NCBI RefSeq assembly: GCF_900079115.1
Contig: NZ_LT549890.1
Coordinates: forward strand, 690,001 to 722,000
DNA length: 32,000 nt
Direction: 5' to 3'
Source of the DNA: Saccharolobus solfataricus
GTDB lineage: Archaea > Thermoproteota > Thermoprotei_A > Sulfolobales > Sulfolobaceae
In this document: positions 9,114 through 17,411 of the stretch, one piece after another
Numbering within the stretch: position 1 is the first letter of the stretch
Layout of the letters: each line of letters begins with the position of its first letter
The notes under the pieces: generated by a model
The model's input: the letters and a program-made list of their open reading frames with translations, nothing else
The model's database searches: none
Told to the model about the DNA's origin: nothing
Translations under genes and position numbers: made by a program

Positions 9114-9812
9114 ATGCAGGTTGTAGAATATTCGATATCAACATATCTACCCAGAGACGTAGTTTACTTTGACGGAACCTCCGTTACGTTACCTCACGAA
9201 TATGTAATAAAGGAAGGTAATTTAAGACTGTTTGTTCCAAAAAATAAGATTAATGATGTAGTTAATGCTTTAAAGAGTGCAGGGTTTAAAGGTGAGAAAT
9301 ACTCTTTATCGACAAAGTTTTTCAACATCTGGGAACTTCACGTCAGAATATATGATGATGGCTTTATTGACGCTCATTTTGAAGTCAGTAGGGACTATCT
9401 TGAACACTTGACGTATCCCACAATCCCTTCAATTTATGAAGTATTTGAAATCTACAGAACAGTTTATGATAAATTACACATCTTTGACAACGGTGCTAAG
9501 AAATGGATTAAAGAAGTAAAGACGCACTACTTTGTAACCTTAAACCCACCCAGATCAATAACAGCTTTGCAGCCAATAACAGTCAGTGTAGGAGCTTTAA
9601 GTGCAATTGGAATCTTAGCTTATCTTCTCTCGAGACTAGATAAGGGAGAGGATAATATTAGGGAAGTTGTAGAAAAAGCCTTGGATGAGGCAATAAAGGA
9701 GAAGGAAAAAGAAAGGCTTAGAGAAACTGCGCTAAAAATTAAGGAACTTATGAAAGACGTGAACGAGGAAGAATGGGCAACAGTCATAAGGGAAAATAGG
9801 AATGAAAGGTAA
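9114..9812 (+). CDS. Hypothetical protein with one predicted TM helix and a charged coiled-coil tail; sits in the antitoxin position upstream of vapC
   Basis: 232-aa ORF. Hydrophobic stretch ITVSVGALSAIGILAYLLS, then ...KEKEKERLRETALKIKELMKDVNEEEWATVIRENRNER. The 3' end overlaps vapC by 11 nt. Confidence 0.55.
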   Translation: MQVVEYSISTYLPRDVVYFDGTSVTLPHEYVIKEGNLRLFVPKNKINDVVNALKSAGFKGEKYSLSTKFFNIWELHVRIYDDGFIDAHFEVSRDYLEHLTYPTIPSIYEVFEIYRTVYDKLHIFDNGAKKWIKEVKTHYFVTLNPPRSITALQPITVSVGALSAIGILAYLLSRLDKGEDNIREVVEKALDEAIKEKEKERLRETALKIKELMKDVNEEEWATVIRENRNER

Positions 9813-10194
9813 CGGGTTTTTATTCGACGCTTCAGCTTTATACCCACTTTTAGACTACATCGACAAGATTGACGTCAAGAAAATTTATATACTTACCTTG
9901 ACTTTTTACGAGGTAGGAAACGCGATATGGAAAGAGTATTATATACACAAGAAGGTAAAGGACCCAATAACCCTTTCTATGCTTTTTAACGATTTACTTA
10001 GGCGCTTTAACGTAGTAGAAGACCCACCTTTAGATAAGGTAATGAAGGTCGCTATAGACAAGGGTTTAACTTATTATGATGCGTCTTACGTATACGTTGC
10101 TGAGTCTTTAGGCCTCACTCTAGTATCTAACAATCGTGAGTTGATAAGAAAGGCCAACGCTATTACATTAGAGGAGTTGATAAAAGGGGTTTAA
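9802..10194 (+). CDS. vapC: PIN-domain ribonuclease toxin VapC
   Basis: 130 aa. FLFDASALYPLL (first Asp), TFYEVGNAI (Glu), YYDASYVYVAESL (third Asp) and LVSNNRELIRKA in the last acidic-residue position give a canonical VapC layout. Confidence 0.85.
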   Translation: MKGNGFLFDASALYPLLDYIDKIDVKKIYILTLTFYEVGNAIWKEYYIHKKVKDPITLSMLFNDLLRRFNVVEDPPLDKVMKVAIDKGLTYYDASYVYVAESLGLTLVSNNRELIRKANAITLEELIKGV

Positions 10195-10239
10195 TGGGAG
10201 CTAACAACAGCAGCATTAAGTGAGATCATCAGTAACCTA

Positions 10240-10420
10240 CCGTTTGTCCCTACACTTTCATTTCACTCATTTTATTAATCATGATCAAGTGTAGGGACTT
10301 AGCCCTCAACCACCTGCACGACAGGTGGGTCATGAGACTCCTTAGAGCCCAACGGCACGGGGCTCACATCTCCAGCCCTTTTCCTCAAATTATATAACGC
10401 AACAACATCCCTATGCCACC
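10240..10420 (-). ncRNA. Predicted omega-RNA (reRNA) scaffold of the ISC1316-like TnpB
   Basis: By analogy with characterised TnpB systems, the guide RNA overlaps the tnpB 3' end and runs to the right end. The segment contains the 11-bp hairpin and a second stem, CCACCTGCACGACAGGTGG. The extent is a guess. Confidence 0.4.
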
Positions 10421-11414
10421 TCTCTCCTCCCTTCCCACAAACACCAACCCTTGGGGCAGAGCCCCCATCGGGCTGATAAATAATCTTCGACCCGTGAACA
10501 GGGCAAATAGAAGAAGTATAAGAAGGATCAACCAAGATTACGGGAACACCAAACTCCCTAGCCTTCTCAACAATAGCATTTTTCATTGAAGAAAATGCCG
10601 AACGATAAATCCTCAACCTAAGCTGTTTATCCTTCACACCCTTAACCATATGCTCCGGAACCCCCCTTGGCAAATCCTCCAAGACTATAGCACTCCTACT
10701 CCCAAAAGCCTCCTTAACAATCAACTTAGCAAACTTCCTCCTAACATCAAGCTTCTTATCCCTCTCCCTCAACTTTCTCCTAACCTCCCTATCCTTAGTA
10801 GACCTACCATTAGTTATCGACCTCCTTTTATACTCATAACCCAGAGTAATCATCCTAGTGTTAGTCTCTAAAAGTATCGGTTTCCCATTAATTAATACAG
10901 AGACTGAATCCTCATTCAAATCAACTGGAATAAAACCCCTTGGATCGTAAGATTTAACATCCTTCTTAAAAACTATAAAGAACTCTACAACATTCCCCTT
11001 CAACAGTTTAAACCTAGCCCCACTAGCAATTAACCAATTGTCGTTATAATACCTCCAGAAGATCTTTGGAAAGATTGGGGAAATGCAAACCCTACCCCTC
11101 TTAGTAGCAATTGAAATCACGTTGAGGCTGAACTTCCACAAGTGGTCGTCAAGATGGACAGTAACCCTCCTAACTGACGGTCTGTCAGTATAACTCCTTC
11201 CTCTCTTCTTCAACTTATTGAAGCTATCTAGCCTCTCGCTGGCATCTTCACAAGCGGTGTAAATATAATGGGATGGTAAGTCCCTATGCTTCTCCCTCTC
11301 AGTCTTGTAAATCCCGGCCTTAATTCTAGTGAATGATGTTGTGTTCTTTGTAAGCCCGTAATTTATTGCCTCCTCTAGAATCTCTCTAGTAAATATCATG
11401 CTTAACACTTGCAA
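10299..11414 (-). CDS. tnpB: TnpB (OrfB) RNA-guided nuclease of an IS200/IS605-type element
   Basis: 371-aa ORF, probable start ATG 11399 (MIFTREIL...). RuvC-like blocks IPVDLNEDSVSV, AIVLEDL, and SSICPVHGSKI...CGKGGERWHRDVVALYNL (Zn-finger-like segment plus final Asp). Confidence 0.9.
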   Translation of the reverse strand: MQVLSMIFTREILEEAINYGLTKNTTSFTRIKAGIYKTEREKHRDLPSHYIYTACEDASERLDSFNKLKKRGRSYTDRPSVRRVTVHLDDHLWKFSLNVISIATKRGRVCISPIFPKIFWRYYNDNWLIASGARFKLLKGNVVEFFIVFKKDVKSYDPRGFIPVDLNEDSVSVLINGKPILLETNTRMITLGYEYKRRSITNGRSTKDREVRRKLRERDKKLDVRRKFAKLIVKEAFGSRSAIVLEDLPRGVPEHMVKGVKDKQLRLRIYRSAFSSMKNAIVEKAREFGVPVILVDPSYTSSICPVHGSKIIYQPDGGSAPRVGVCGKGGERWHRDVVALYNLRKRAGDVSPVPLGSKESHDPPVVQVVEG

Positions 11415-11566
11415 AAAACTCGTCTAATCGCCTCCTAGACACAAGGTTAGTCCCTATCGCCACAAAATATATTTTTGTACCATTTGCCTTAGTCCAAACC
11501 AATTTTCCCTCATTTTCGTAAAAAAGATTCTCGCAGTAAGGCAGGGACTAAAATACAGCAGAAAGT

Positions 11567-11576
11567 TTTTATAAAA
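11567..11576 (+). promoter_or_regulatory. TATA box for the helical-protein/PIN operon
   Basis: TTTTATAAAA about 35-40 nt before ATG 11610. Confidence 0.4.
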
Positions 11577-11591
11577 TGTTTCATAAACATA

Positions 11592-12299
11592 TTGTGTAGA
11601 TTGATATCTATGTCAGTAGAACTTTCAACTCCTTTTGAGCAATATTACGAGACTTTACAGAGAGTGAAAAACAGGAATTTTCCTTTACAGTATTTAGAAA
11701 AGATGCTGGACTATTTGCTTGAGAAGTATGAGACAAATTTGTTTGAGATTTATGAAGGCATATTGGCAATAGCTCTGAACCCTGAAGATTTAGATATAAA
11801 AATGCTATTAGAGGAGGTTAGGAAAATAAAGGAAGATTTTGAATTATACGCCTCTTTGTTCGAAAATAATACTACCATAAGAGAATACTTAGAAATAACA
11901 ATTAACGCGTTGGGCAAACTTATTGACGGACTAAGGAAAAATGAGAAGAAGTTTTACGATGAAGTAAATTCTACTAATCCTAATTTCTTATTAACTACGT
12001 ACTACTCACTGTATCTGCGTTATTTAACAATCGTGTATGCAAAATTGTCCAAGTTAAATATACAGAACGACGTCAAAACGAAAGACTCTCCGTTTAAGAA
12101 TACGCTTCATTTCGTTAATTTAATCGTTGGACTACTCGGCATGCCTATTCTGCACTATCTAAAGACGAAGGAGGTATTTCCTTATATATCGGAGCTAAGT
12201 GGAGTATTGCTACACACATTAACCAACGAGGCACCTATTCCCTCAAGGGACTCGTTAGGATATTATCTTTTTTCCAGAATTCATGCAAAAAATGAGTGA
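11592..12299 (+). CDS. Helix-rich hypothetical protein (229-235 aa), partner of the PIN-like gene
   Basis: ORF with likely true start ATG 11610 (MSVELSTPF...). Its stop overlaps or abuts the next ORF. No recognisable motif. Confidence 0.6.
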   Translation: MCRLISMSVELSTPFEQYYETLQRVKNRNFPLQYLEKMLDYLLEKYETNLFEIYEGILAIALNPEDLDIKMLLEEVRKIKEDFELYASLFENNTTIREYLEITINALGKLIDGLRKNEKKFYDEVNSTNPNFLLTTYYSLYLRYLTIVYAKLSKLNIQNDVKTKDSPFKNTLHFVNLIVGLLGMPILHYLKTKEVFPYISELSGVLLHTLTNEAPIPSRDSLGYYLFSRIHAKNE

Positions 12300-13171
12300 A
12301 TATGGAGACTTTTTTCTTAGATACTAACATTCTCGTAAAATGGATATATAGAAAGCTCTTGAACGAGAAAGAAGATATTGAAAGATTTATTTCTTCATTG
12401 AGCAAAGATCAATGTATTATACTTGATATTAACTTATCCGAATTCGAATCGATAATCAATGACGCATATAACATGGTATCTCATATCATCTACGAGAAGA
12501 TACTGTCAAGATCTGATTGGAAAGAATTAGATATAAAAGGTAAATTTCAAATTATTAATGATATAAGAAAGAATTTTGATCGGCTTTATGATGAAATACG
12601 AAAAACCCATTATAATGAACTGATCTCGCCCGGCGGAATAAGGCAAATACTTGCGAAGGAGTTCTTTAAAAAGTTAGAAGATAAGGTAGTTAACTTGGAT
12701 CCGGAAGTCCTTAGAAACCATATAGCTTTAAATGGGCGAACTGAAGATCTGATTGACTATCTGTCTAGTGTAAAAGCTATAATCAAACAAAAATTTACTG
12801 TACTTGACAACGTTAAGATACTTATTAATGATTATGTTATTAAGGAAATTCAACTAATTTATGAGGGTATTAATAGACATTTGCGTAATTTAAAATCCCA
12901 AGGATATAAAAAAGTACCAAGTAGGAAGGATCAGTTAATATTCCAATATCTTTTCTTGCTTTTACGCGAAGGAATTTACGATAATATTGTTTTTATTACT
13001 GATGATAATGATTTTGAAAGAATGTATAGGGCTATTCTAAATTATTCTGATGATATTATAAAGGGGAAAGTAGACCCTCGCGGAGAATTTAGAGGACATG
13101 CAATGGAAATTAAGAATACATTAGGCAAGTTAGTAATCAAAAATATTAACGAGTTAATTTCCAACAAATGA
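12296..13171 (+). CDS. PIN-like nuclease with a ~160-aa insertion
   Basis: FFLDTNILV (D9), LSEFES (E49/E51), SRKDQLIF (D212), VFITDDNDFERM (D236-239). The order and contexts match the PIN acidic tetrad, but the protein is 291 aa. Confidence 0.6.
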   Translation: MNMETFFLDTNILVKWIYRKLLNEKEDIERFISSLSKDQCIILDINLSEFESIINDAYNMVSHIIYEKILSRSDWKELDIKGKFQIINDIRKNFDRLYDEIRKTHYNELISPGGIRQILAKEFFKKLEDKVVNLDPEVLRNHIALNGRTEDLIDYLSSVKAIIKQKFTVLDNVKILINDYVIKEIQLIYEGINRHLRNLKSQGYKKVPSRKDQLIFQYLFLLLREGIYDNIVFITDDNDFERMYRAILNYSDDIIKGKVDPRGEFRGHAMEIKNTLGKLVIKNINELISNK

Positions 13172-13793
13172 AAACCAAGGCTATTCTTATATGAACTTAC
13201 TCCATGAATATCACAGATTACTTGCTCTCCTTTTTCCACATTTCACCTCTCAAAGCCTTGAAAGAACTCCCTTGTTTGAGGTATAACTGACGCGATCAAC
13301 ATAGCAAGAAGAGGGAAAAGCTTCGGCAAATAAATTGCCGTCAGAACTATACCGAGTACTAAAAAACCAGGGGTTTATTAGTGTAGATAAAACTCCTCGA
13401 GAAAAATGTTCTTACTCCTCATCACTTTAAGCAAAATGTAATCACCTTCTGGTCTTCTTGGCAAGCACTCAAATGCTCTTATTGCTCCATATCCCTTTAA
13501 AGCAATAAGCGTAGCTATGCTGCTATCATTTCGTCTGTAAGCTCTTTCTGAAAGTGTTAGTTCGCCGTAGTGGAGTAAATGGCGGACTCAAACAACGTGT
13601 GGCGTAACTTCTCACGGGCTTAATTGGTAATGCACCCTACGAGGGAAACGTAACTCCTAAGTGAGCAGTCACCAGTTTGGAGATTATTAGTAAAAATACA
13701 CGTAATACCTAAATATAATTATTCAAAACTGTATTTAGAAATGATTAAAATAGCGAGTGGTTTAGTAAAAGTGTTAAAGCCTTTCCAGAACCA

Positions 13794-13842
13794 TTAGGTC
13801 CTACAACAAACTAAAACTCCATGTCGTGATAAAATGAGAGAC
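13794..13842 (-). pseudogene. 3' piece of B' (paralogue of small protein B) displaced by IS insertion
   Basis: Joined to 15326, it continues the frame as ...CSPQK/SLILSRHGVLVCCRT*. Compare B: ...CSADKFSRHTPF. Confidence 0.5.
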
Positions 13843-13903
13843 AAACCTCGCCCCTTCTAGGGGCAGGGTAAAGCTATTTAAACTTCAGCAATAACGATTA
13901 GTT

Positions 13904-15283
13904 ATGGCACCCTCCTCTGGTCAACTCTTAGGGGATGAGGAGCGGGAGCCGACTCCTACTCCCGCAATGCCAGAGGAGGGTGTCTACGAAGTTAAATACT
14001 CAAATCGAAGAACCAATGTAGTTCGTCTTCTTCCAAATGGTTTTCAAGAAAGAAAGCTGAGGAGGTTAGCTAATCTCTCTGCAAAACTCTTCAACGAAGT
14101 GAACTTCGAAAGGAGGCAACAATTCTTTCACGAAGGGAAAGTAGACTTTAAGGGAACGTGGAACAAATACTACGAGAAGTACAAGGCCATACTGGGTGTT
14201 AATGCTCAAGCTGTCCTTCAGAAGAATAATGAAGCGTGGTCATCCTTCTTCTCCTTGTTAAAACTGAAGAAGGAAAGAAAACTACCACCACACATGAACC
14301 ACGTTTCTCCGCCTAGATACTGGAAGGACAGAGAAGCAGGGAAAAGAAAGCTAATACTAGTTGTTAGACAAGATCGTTACAAGGTAGATGCTGGAAATCA
14401 CAAATTAATCCTCAAGGATTTCGACATGGAAATAGACTTTGTCGGTAGACTAAAATGGTATGGTAAACAAGGTAGACTAGAAATAATTTTTGACGAGACC
14501 AAGAACGCTTGGTATGCTCACATACCAATTGAAGTAGGTGTTGAGGAAACTGGAAAGAAGAGTAAGCACGTCGTCAAGGGTGAGAGAAAGTCCATCCAGA
14601 TTTCCAAACCAAAGGGAAACAAAGTAACTTCAATCGATCTAGGCATCAACGTAATAGCTAGTGTAGTAGTTAACGACGGAACTTGGTTGCTCTACAAGGG
14701 TGTTAGAACAAAGGAGGACTACTTTTACTTCCAAAGAAGGATTTCAGAAGTGCAATCGTTAGCTGACAGAACCAGAAACATTGGTGAATATGATGCGTAC
14801 CTAGAATTGTTGAGGGAAAAGAGGAGGTTTTTTAAGAAACTAACTAGGAGGCTCCTTCACCTCTACCGTAATCTAGCCTCCCACCTTATTGAAACACTCT
14901 ACGAACTAGGAGTTTCAACAATCTACTTAGGTTATCCATTCAACATTGTGCAGGAGAAGGGTAATAAGTTTACAGTGAACATGTGGTCTTATCGTAAGCT
15001 AATGGAATCCATAGAATTGAAAGCACAAGAATATGGTATGAAGGTGTTTGAGGTTGTTGAGTACAATACGTCCAAGTATTGCGCTTATCATGATGTGGAA
15101 GTAAAGAGGAACCCAAGAGGTGTTGTCAACCGTCCTTTAGGTCATAAACTTCACAGCGATTTGAATGGTGCGTTAAACATTCTAAAGAAGGCATTAGGAG
15201 TAATCGCCGAAGCCGTGAAAAAACCATTATCCTTCATTGTGGATCATAACCGAGTAGCACCCATAAAGGGGTGTAACCCTTAA
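13904..15283 (+). CDS. tnpB: TnpB (OrfB) RNA-guided nuclease, apparently intact
   Basis: 459-aa ORF with SIDLGINVIASV (RuvC-I Asp), TIYLGYPFNIVQEKG, and YNTSKYCAYHD...GHKLHSDLNGALNI (C-x2-H...H-x2-H metal site variant plus final Asp). Confidence 0.9.
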   Translation: MAPSSGQLLGDEEREPTPTPAMPEEGVYEVKYSNRRTNVVRLLPNGFQERKLRRLANLSAKLFNEVNFERRQQFFHEGKVDFKGTWNKYYEKYKAILGVNAQAVLQKNNEAWSSFFSLLKLKKERKLPPHMNHVSPPRYWKDREAGKRKLILVVRQDRYKVDAGNHKLILKDFDMEIDFVGRLKWYGKQGRLEIIFDETKNAWYAHIPIEVGVEETGKKSKHVVKGERKSIQISKPKGNKVTSIDLGINVIASVVVNDGTWLLYKGVRTKEDYFYFQRRISEVQSLADRTRNIGEYDAYLELLREKRRFFKKLTRRLLHLYRNLASHLIETLYELGVSTIYLGYPFNIVQEKGNKFTVNMWSYRKLMESIELKAQEYGMKVFEVVEYNTSKYCAYHDVEVKRNPRGVVNRPLGHKLHSDLNGALNILKKALGVIAEAVKKPLSFIVDHNRVAPIKGCNP

Positions 15284-15325
15284 GACCTCGGGAACCCTCG
15301 CCCTTTAGGCGGGGAGGAGGTCAGG
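15150..15325 (+). ncRNA. Predicted omega-RNA scaffold of the ISC1476-like TnpB
   Basis: Positional inference only: tnpB 3' end through the right end. It contains the right-end hairpin at about 15296-15317. The 5' limit is arbitrary. Confidence 0.35.
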
Positions 15326-15531
15326 TTTTGCGGGCTACATGGTTCGCCGAATTTAGGACTATTAGTATCTACCGAAATTACTATATTAATTTGCACACTG
15401 TAATTTTCACCGCTCTTAATTACGTGAATCGGTATAGGGAAAATTCTAACCTTCAACTCCTCATTCTCTACTCTAGCAATTAAAATTCCCGGTCTAATAG
15501 AAATTAATTCATAATCTGCAAGGGCTATCAT
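15326..15531 (-). pseudogene. 5' piece of B' (paralogue of small protein B), interrupted by the IS
   Basis: MIALADYELISIRPG...VDTNSPKFGEPCSPQ. The tail of the ORF-track ORF (LTSSPPKGRGFPRS) is read from the IS right end. The start overlaps the A' stop (ATGA). Confidence 0.6.
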
Positions 15532-15791
15532 TCACTATCGTCCTCGTAAACTATATCAATTGAAACTATCCTTCCATCTTTATCCCTCCAAATTTGAACG
15601 TTTGCATCGTGATACTCTACGTAATAAGGGGAGCCTCCAAAATCTATGGAAACGCCATCATTATATTCCTTAATGCTTGGGGTAATCATGTTCGACGAGA
15701 AGTTTTGAGAGAAAGTACTATTGAAGCTGAACGAAGTGTTTTCAGCAGAGGCATTAAATGATGAATGTTGATTAAATAGTTCTTTATACAT
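15528..15791 (-). CDS. Small protein A' (87 aa), paralogue of A
   Basis: S/T/N-rich N-terminus, and C-terminal YYVEYHDANVQIWRDKDGRIVSIDIVYEDDSE matching protein A. Confidence 0.55.
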   Translation of the reverse strand: MYKELFNQHSSFNASAENTSFSFNSTFSQNFSSNMITPSIKEYNDGVSIDFGGSPYYVEYHDANVQIWRDKDGRIVSIDIVYEDDSE

Positions 15792-16222
15792 GAATCATTA
15801 TTCTTACCGTGAAGTTAAAATTTTTTATTCTCCTAGTTACGTTCGACGCATATGGAGCTGAGGGAACTAGCTTAGGAAACTAACTTTCAATCTAATGTCT
15901 TTTCGAACTCCTTTCAAATAGATAAGACATATTTTGAGAGAAGAATTACACATCTAAAATAAAAAGGAATATAATACCTTATGTCTTTGCTAAAAATTAT
16001 TTTCTCCTTAAGAAAACAATAGTACTTCTCTTCGCATAAGCCTGAGGGTTATGGTGTACTACTAACTCTGAGGAGCATGATAGGGTAATGAAAGAAATGG
16101 GTTTTTGATAGGCATATGGCGTCGGCTTACTTAATAGCGTTGAAAGGATTAGGAATGATAAATGATAACAAATAGCATAATCATGACTCTTCTTTTTGCC
16201 ACTAGTTTAGGACGTCCATTAG

Positions 16223-16304
16223 TCTGACTTCCTTATATAAAACATATTAGTCAGATCTGAGTAATACAGATCTAACTGGGGTGTAGGCCGTTGACTCCCT
16301 TGAG
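16223..16304. repeat. Left terminal inverted repeat of the IS110-type element
   Basis: Direct comparison with the reverse complement of 18525-18606. Confidence 0.9.
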
Positions 16305-16386
16305 CTTAAAGCTCGACGGTGAGCTTGGCCAACCTCCAAATTCAGACTGAAATTGGGCAAAAAGCCCGAATAAAACATAAGGGTGA

Positions 16387-17323
16387 ATACACATAAAGGC
16401 CCCAGTTGCAGGGATAGATGTATCAAAAGATAAACTAATAGTATATTTTCAAGGTAAATTCTACGAGTTTCCTAACGATAAGCAAGGTTTTGAGGAAGTG
16501 AAGAAAGTCCTGCCAAGAGGTTGTAAAGTAGGTATTGAGAGTACCGGAGTTTACCACGTTAACCTTGCCAAGTGCTTGATGAATGAGTATGAGGTGAGGG
16601 TTATTAATCCCTTGGTAATCAAGAAGTTCAAGGATTTTAGGGGCGAGAAGAGTGACAAGAATGATGCTAAAAAACTCGCTGAACTAGTTGTTAATATGTG
16701 AGTTTACGTTAAGTGATGCTAGGGAGTTGACGAGTCAATGGGATTTTATCGTTAAGAGTATTGTTAGGGTTAAGAACAGGTTGAGGAGCGACTTAATCCT
16801 CTTGGGTTATAGTGATAGCTTGTCTAGGAAGAATTTGAGTGAAGTATTGGAGGGTGGGGATAATATCATCTTGTCTGAGGTTAAGTTTCTTTTGGATGAG
16901 TTGGAGAGGCTTGAGGCTAGGAAGAGGGAGGTTGAGAAGAGGCTTGAGGATGTTGTTCCTAGGGATAGTTTGATCTTTACTATACCGGGTATTGGGAAGA
17001 CGCTGGGTTTGATAATTTTAGGGTTAGGTGATGTTAGGCGTTTTGATGATAAGAGGAAGTTTGTGGCTTATTGTGGTCTTGATCCTGTTGTTGAGTGGGG
17101 GGAGTGTTGTGTCGCGAGGTGTCTCAAGGAGGGGTGATGCTGTTTTGAGGAGGGCTTTCTATCTTGCAGCTTTGACTGCTATCAAGGTTAATCCGGTGAT
17201 CAAGCGTTTTTATGAGGAGCATAAGGGTAGGTTAAAGGGTAAGAAGTTGATTGTTGCATGTGCTATGCTGTTATTACTTGGGCTGTGCTGTATTATAATA
17301 AGCCATTTAATGCTAACGGGTGA
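16387..17323 (+). pseudogene. IS110-family (DEDD) transposase, at least 3 frameshifts, no canonical start
   Basis: ...PVAGIDVSKDKLIVYF...GIESTGVYH...DKNDAKKLAEL | ...RVKNRL...IPGIGKTLGLIILGLGDVRRF...AYCGLDPVVE | ...VSRRGDAVLRRAFYLAAL...FYEEHKGRLKGKK | ...WAVLYYNKPFNANG*, read across frames (shifts near 16695, 17095 and 17270). Confidence 0.8.
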
Positions 17324-17411
17324 TGACGAGGGCTTTTGTTTGCATAAGTAGTGTGGACTATGCTCAATTTTTGGCTAAAAGTTTTTATACCGGAAGCTCC
17401 CCGCCCTAAAC

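Larger units (their letters stand above)
10240..11555 (-). mobile_element. ISC1316-like IS200/IS605-family element (tnpB only)
   Basis: The right end is fixed by comparison with the orphan copy at 5471-5580. An 11-bp perfect hairpin GTCCCTACACT (10246-10256) / AGTGTAGGGAC (10288-10298) lies directly after the tnpB stop. The left end is guessed from the 9-bp inverted pair TTAGTCCCT (11447-11455) / AGGGACTAA (11543-11551). The resulting 1316 bp fits the size class. Confidence 0.65.
13843..15325 (+). mobile_element. Full-length ISC1476-like IS200/IS605-family element (tnpB only), inserted in B'
   Basis: The left end is shared with the truncated copy (8483 downward). Subterminal hairpins lie at both ends (CGCCCCTTCTAGGGGC; CTCGCCCTTTAGGCGGGG). 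Removing exactly 13843-15325 restores an in-frame B' ORF. Length is 1483 bp. Confidence 0.8.

Noticed and set aside
9620-9847. Minus-strand ORF (75 aa)
   Set aside because: Antisense to the charged tail of the 232-aa ORF. Its serine-rich translation mirrors the Glu/Lys codons.
10650-10871. Plus-strand ORF (73 aa)
   Set aside because: Antisense shadow inside the intact tnpB gene.
13042-13239. Minus-strand ORF (65 aa)
   Set aside because: Mostly antisense to the 3' end of the PIN-like gene.
13381-13560. Start-less 60-codon minus-strand stretch (...ERAYRRNDSSIATLIALKGYGAIRAFECLPRRPEGDYILLKVMRSKNIFLEEFYLH*), plus a membrane-like stretch at about 13255-13390
   Set aside because: They look like C-terminal gene remnants, but there is no start codon, no recognisable family and no second copy to compare. 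Not reported as features.
13550-13640. tRNA-like or structured-RNA impression (GCCGTAGTGGAGTAAATGGCGGACTCAAAC...)
   Set aside because: No consistent acceptor, D, anticodon or T stems could be drawn. It more likely lies in decayed coding debris downstream of the B'/C' remnants.
16100-16222. Search for a vapC-type toxin downstream of the AbrB gene, beyond the IS, and for C/D-box sRNA motifs (AATGATAAATGATAAC...CTGA)
   Set aside because: No PIN-like reading frame in any phase. The box-like strings deviate from the RUGAUGA/CUGA consensus and spacing.
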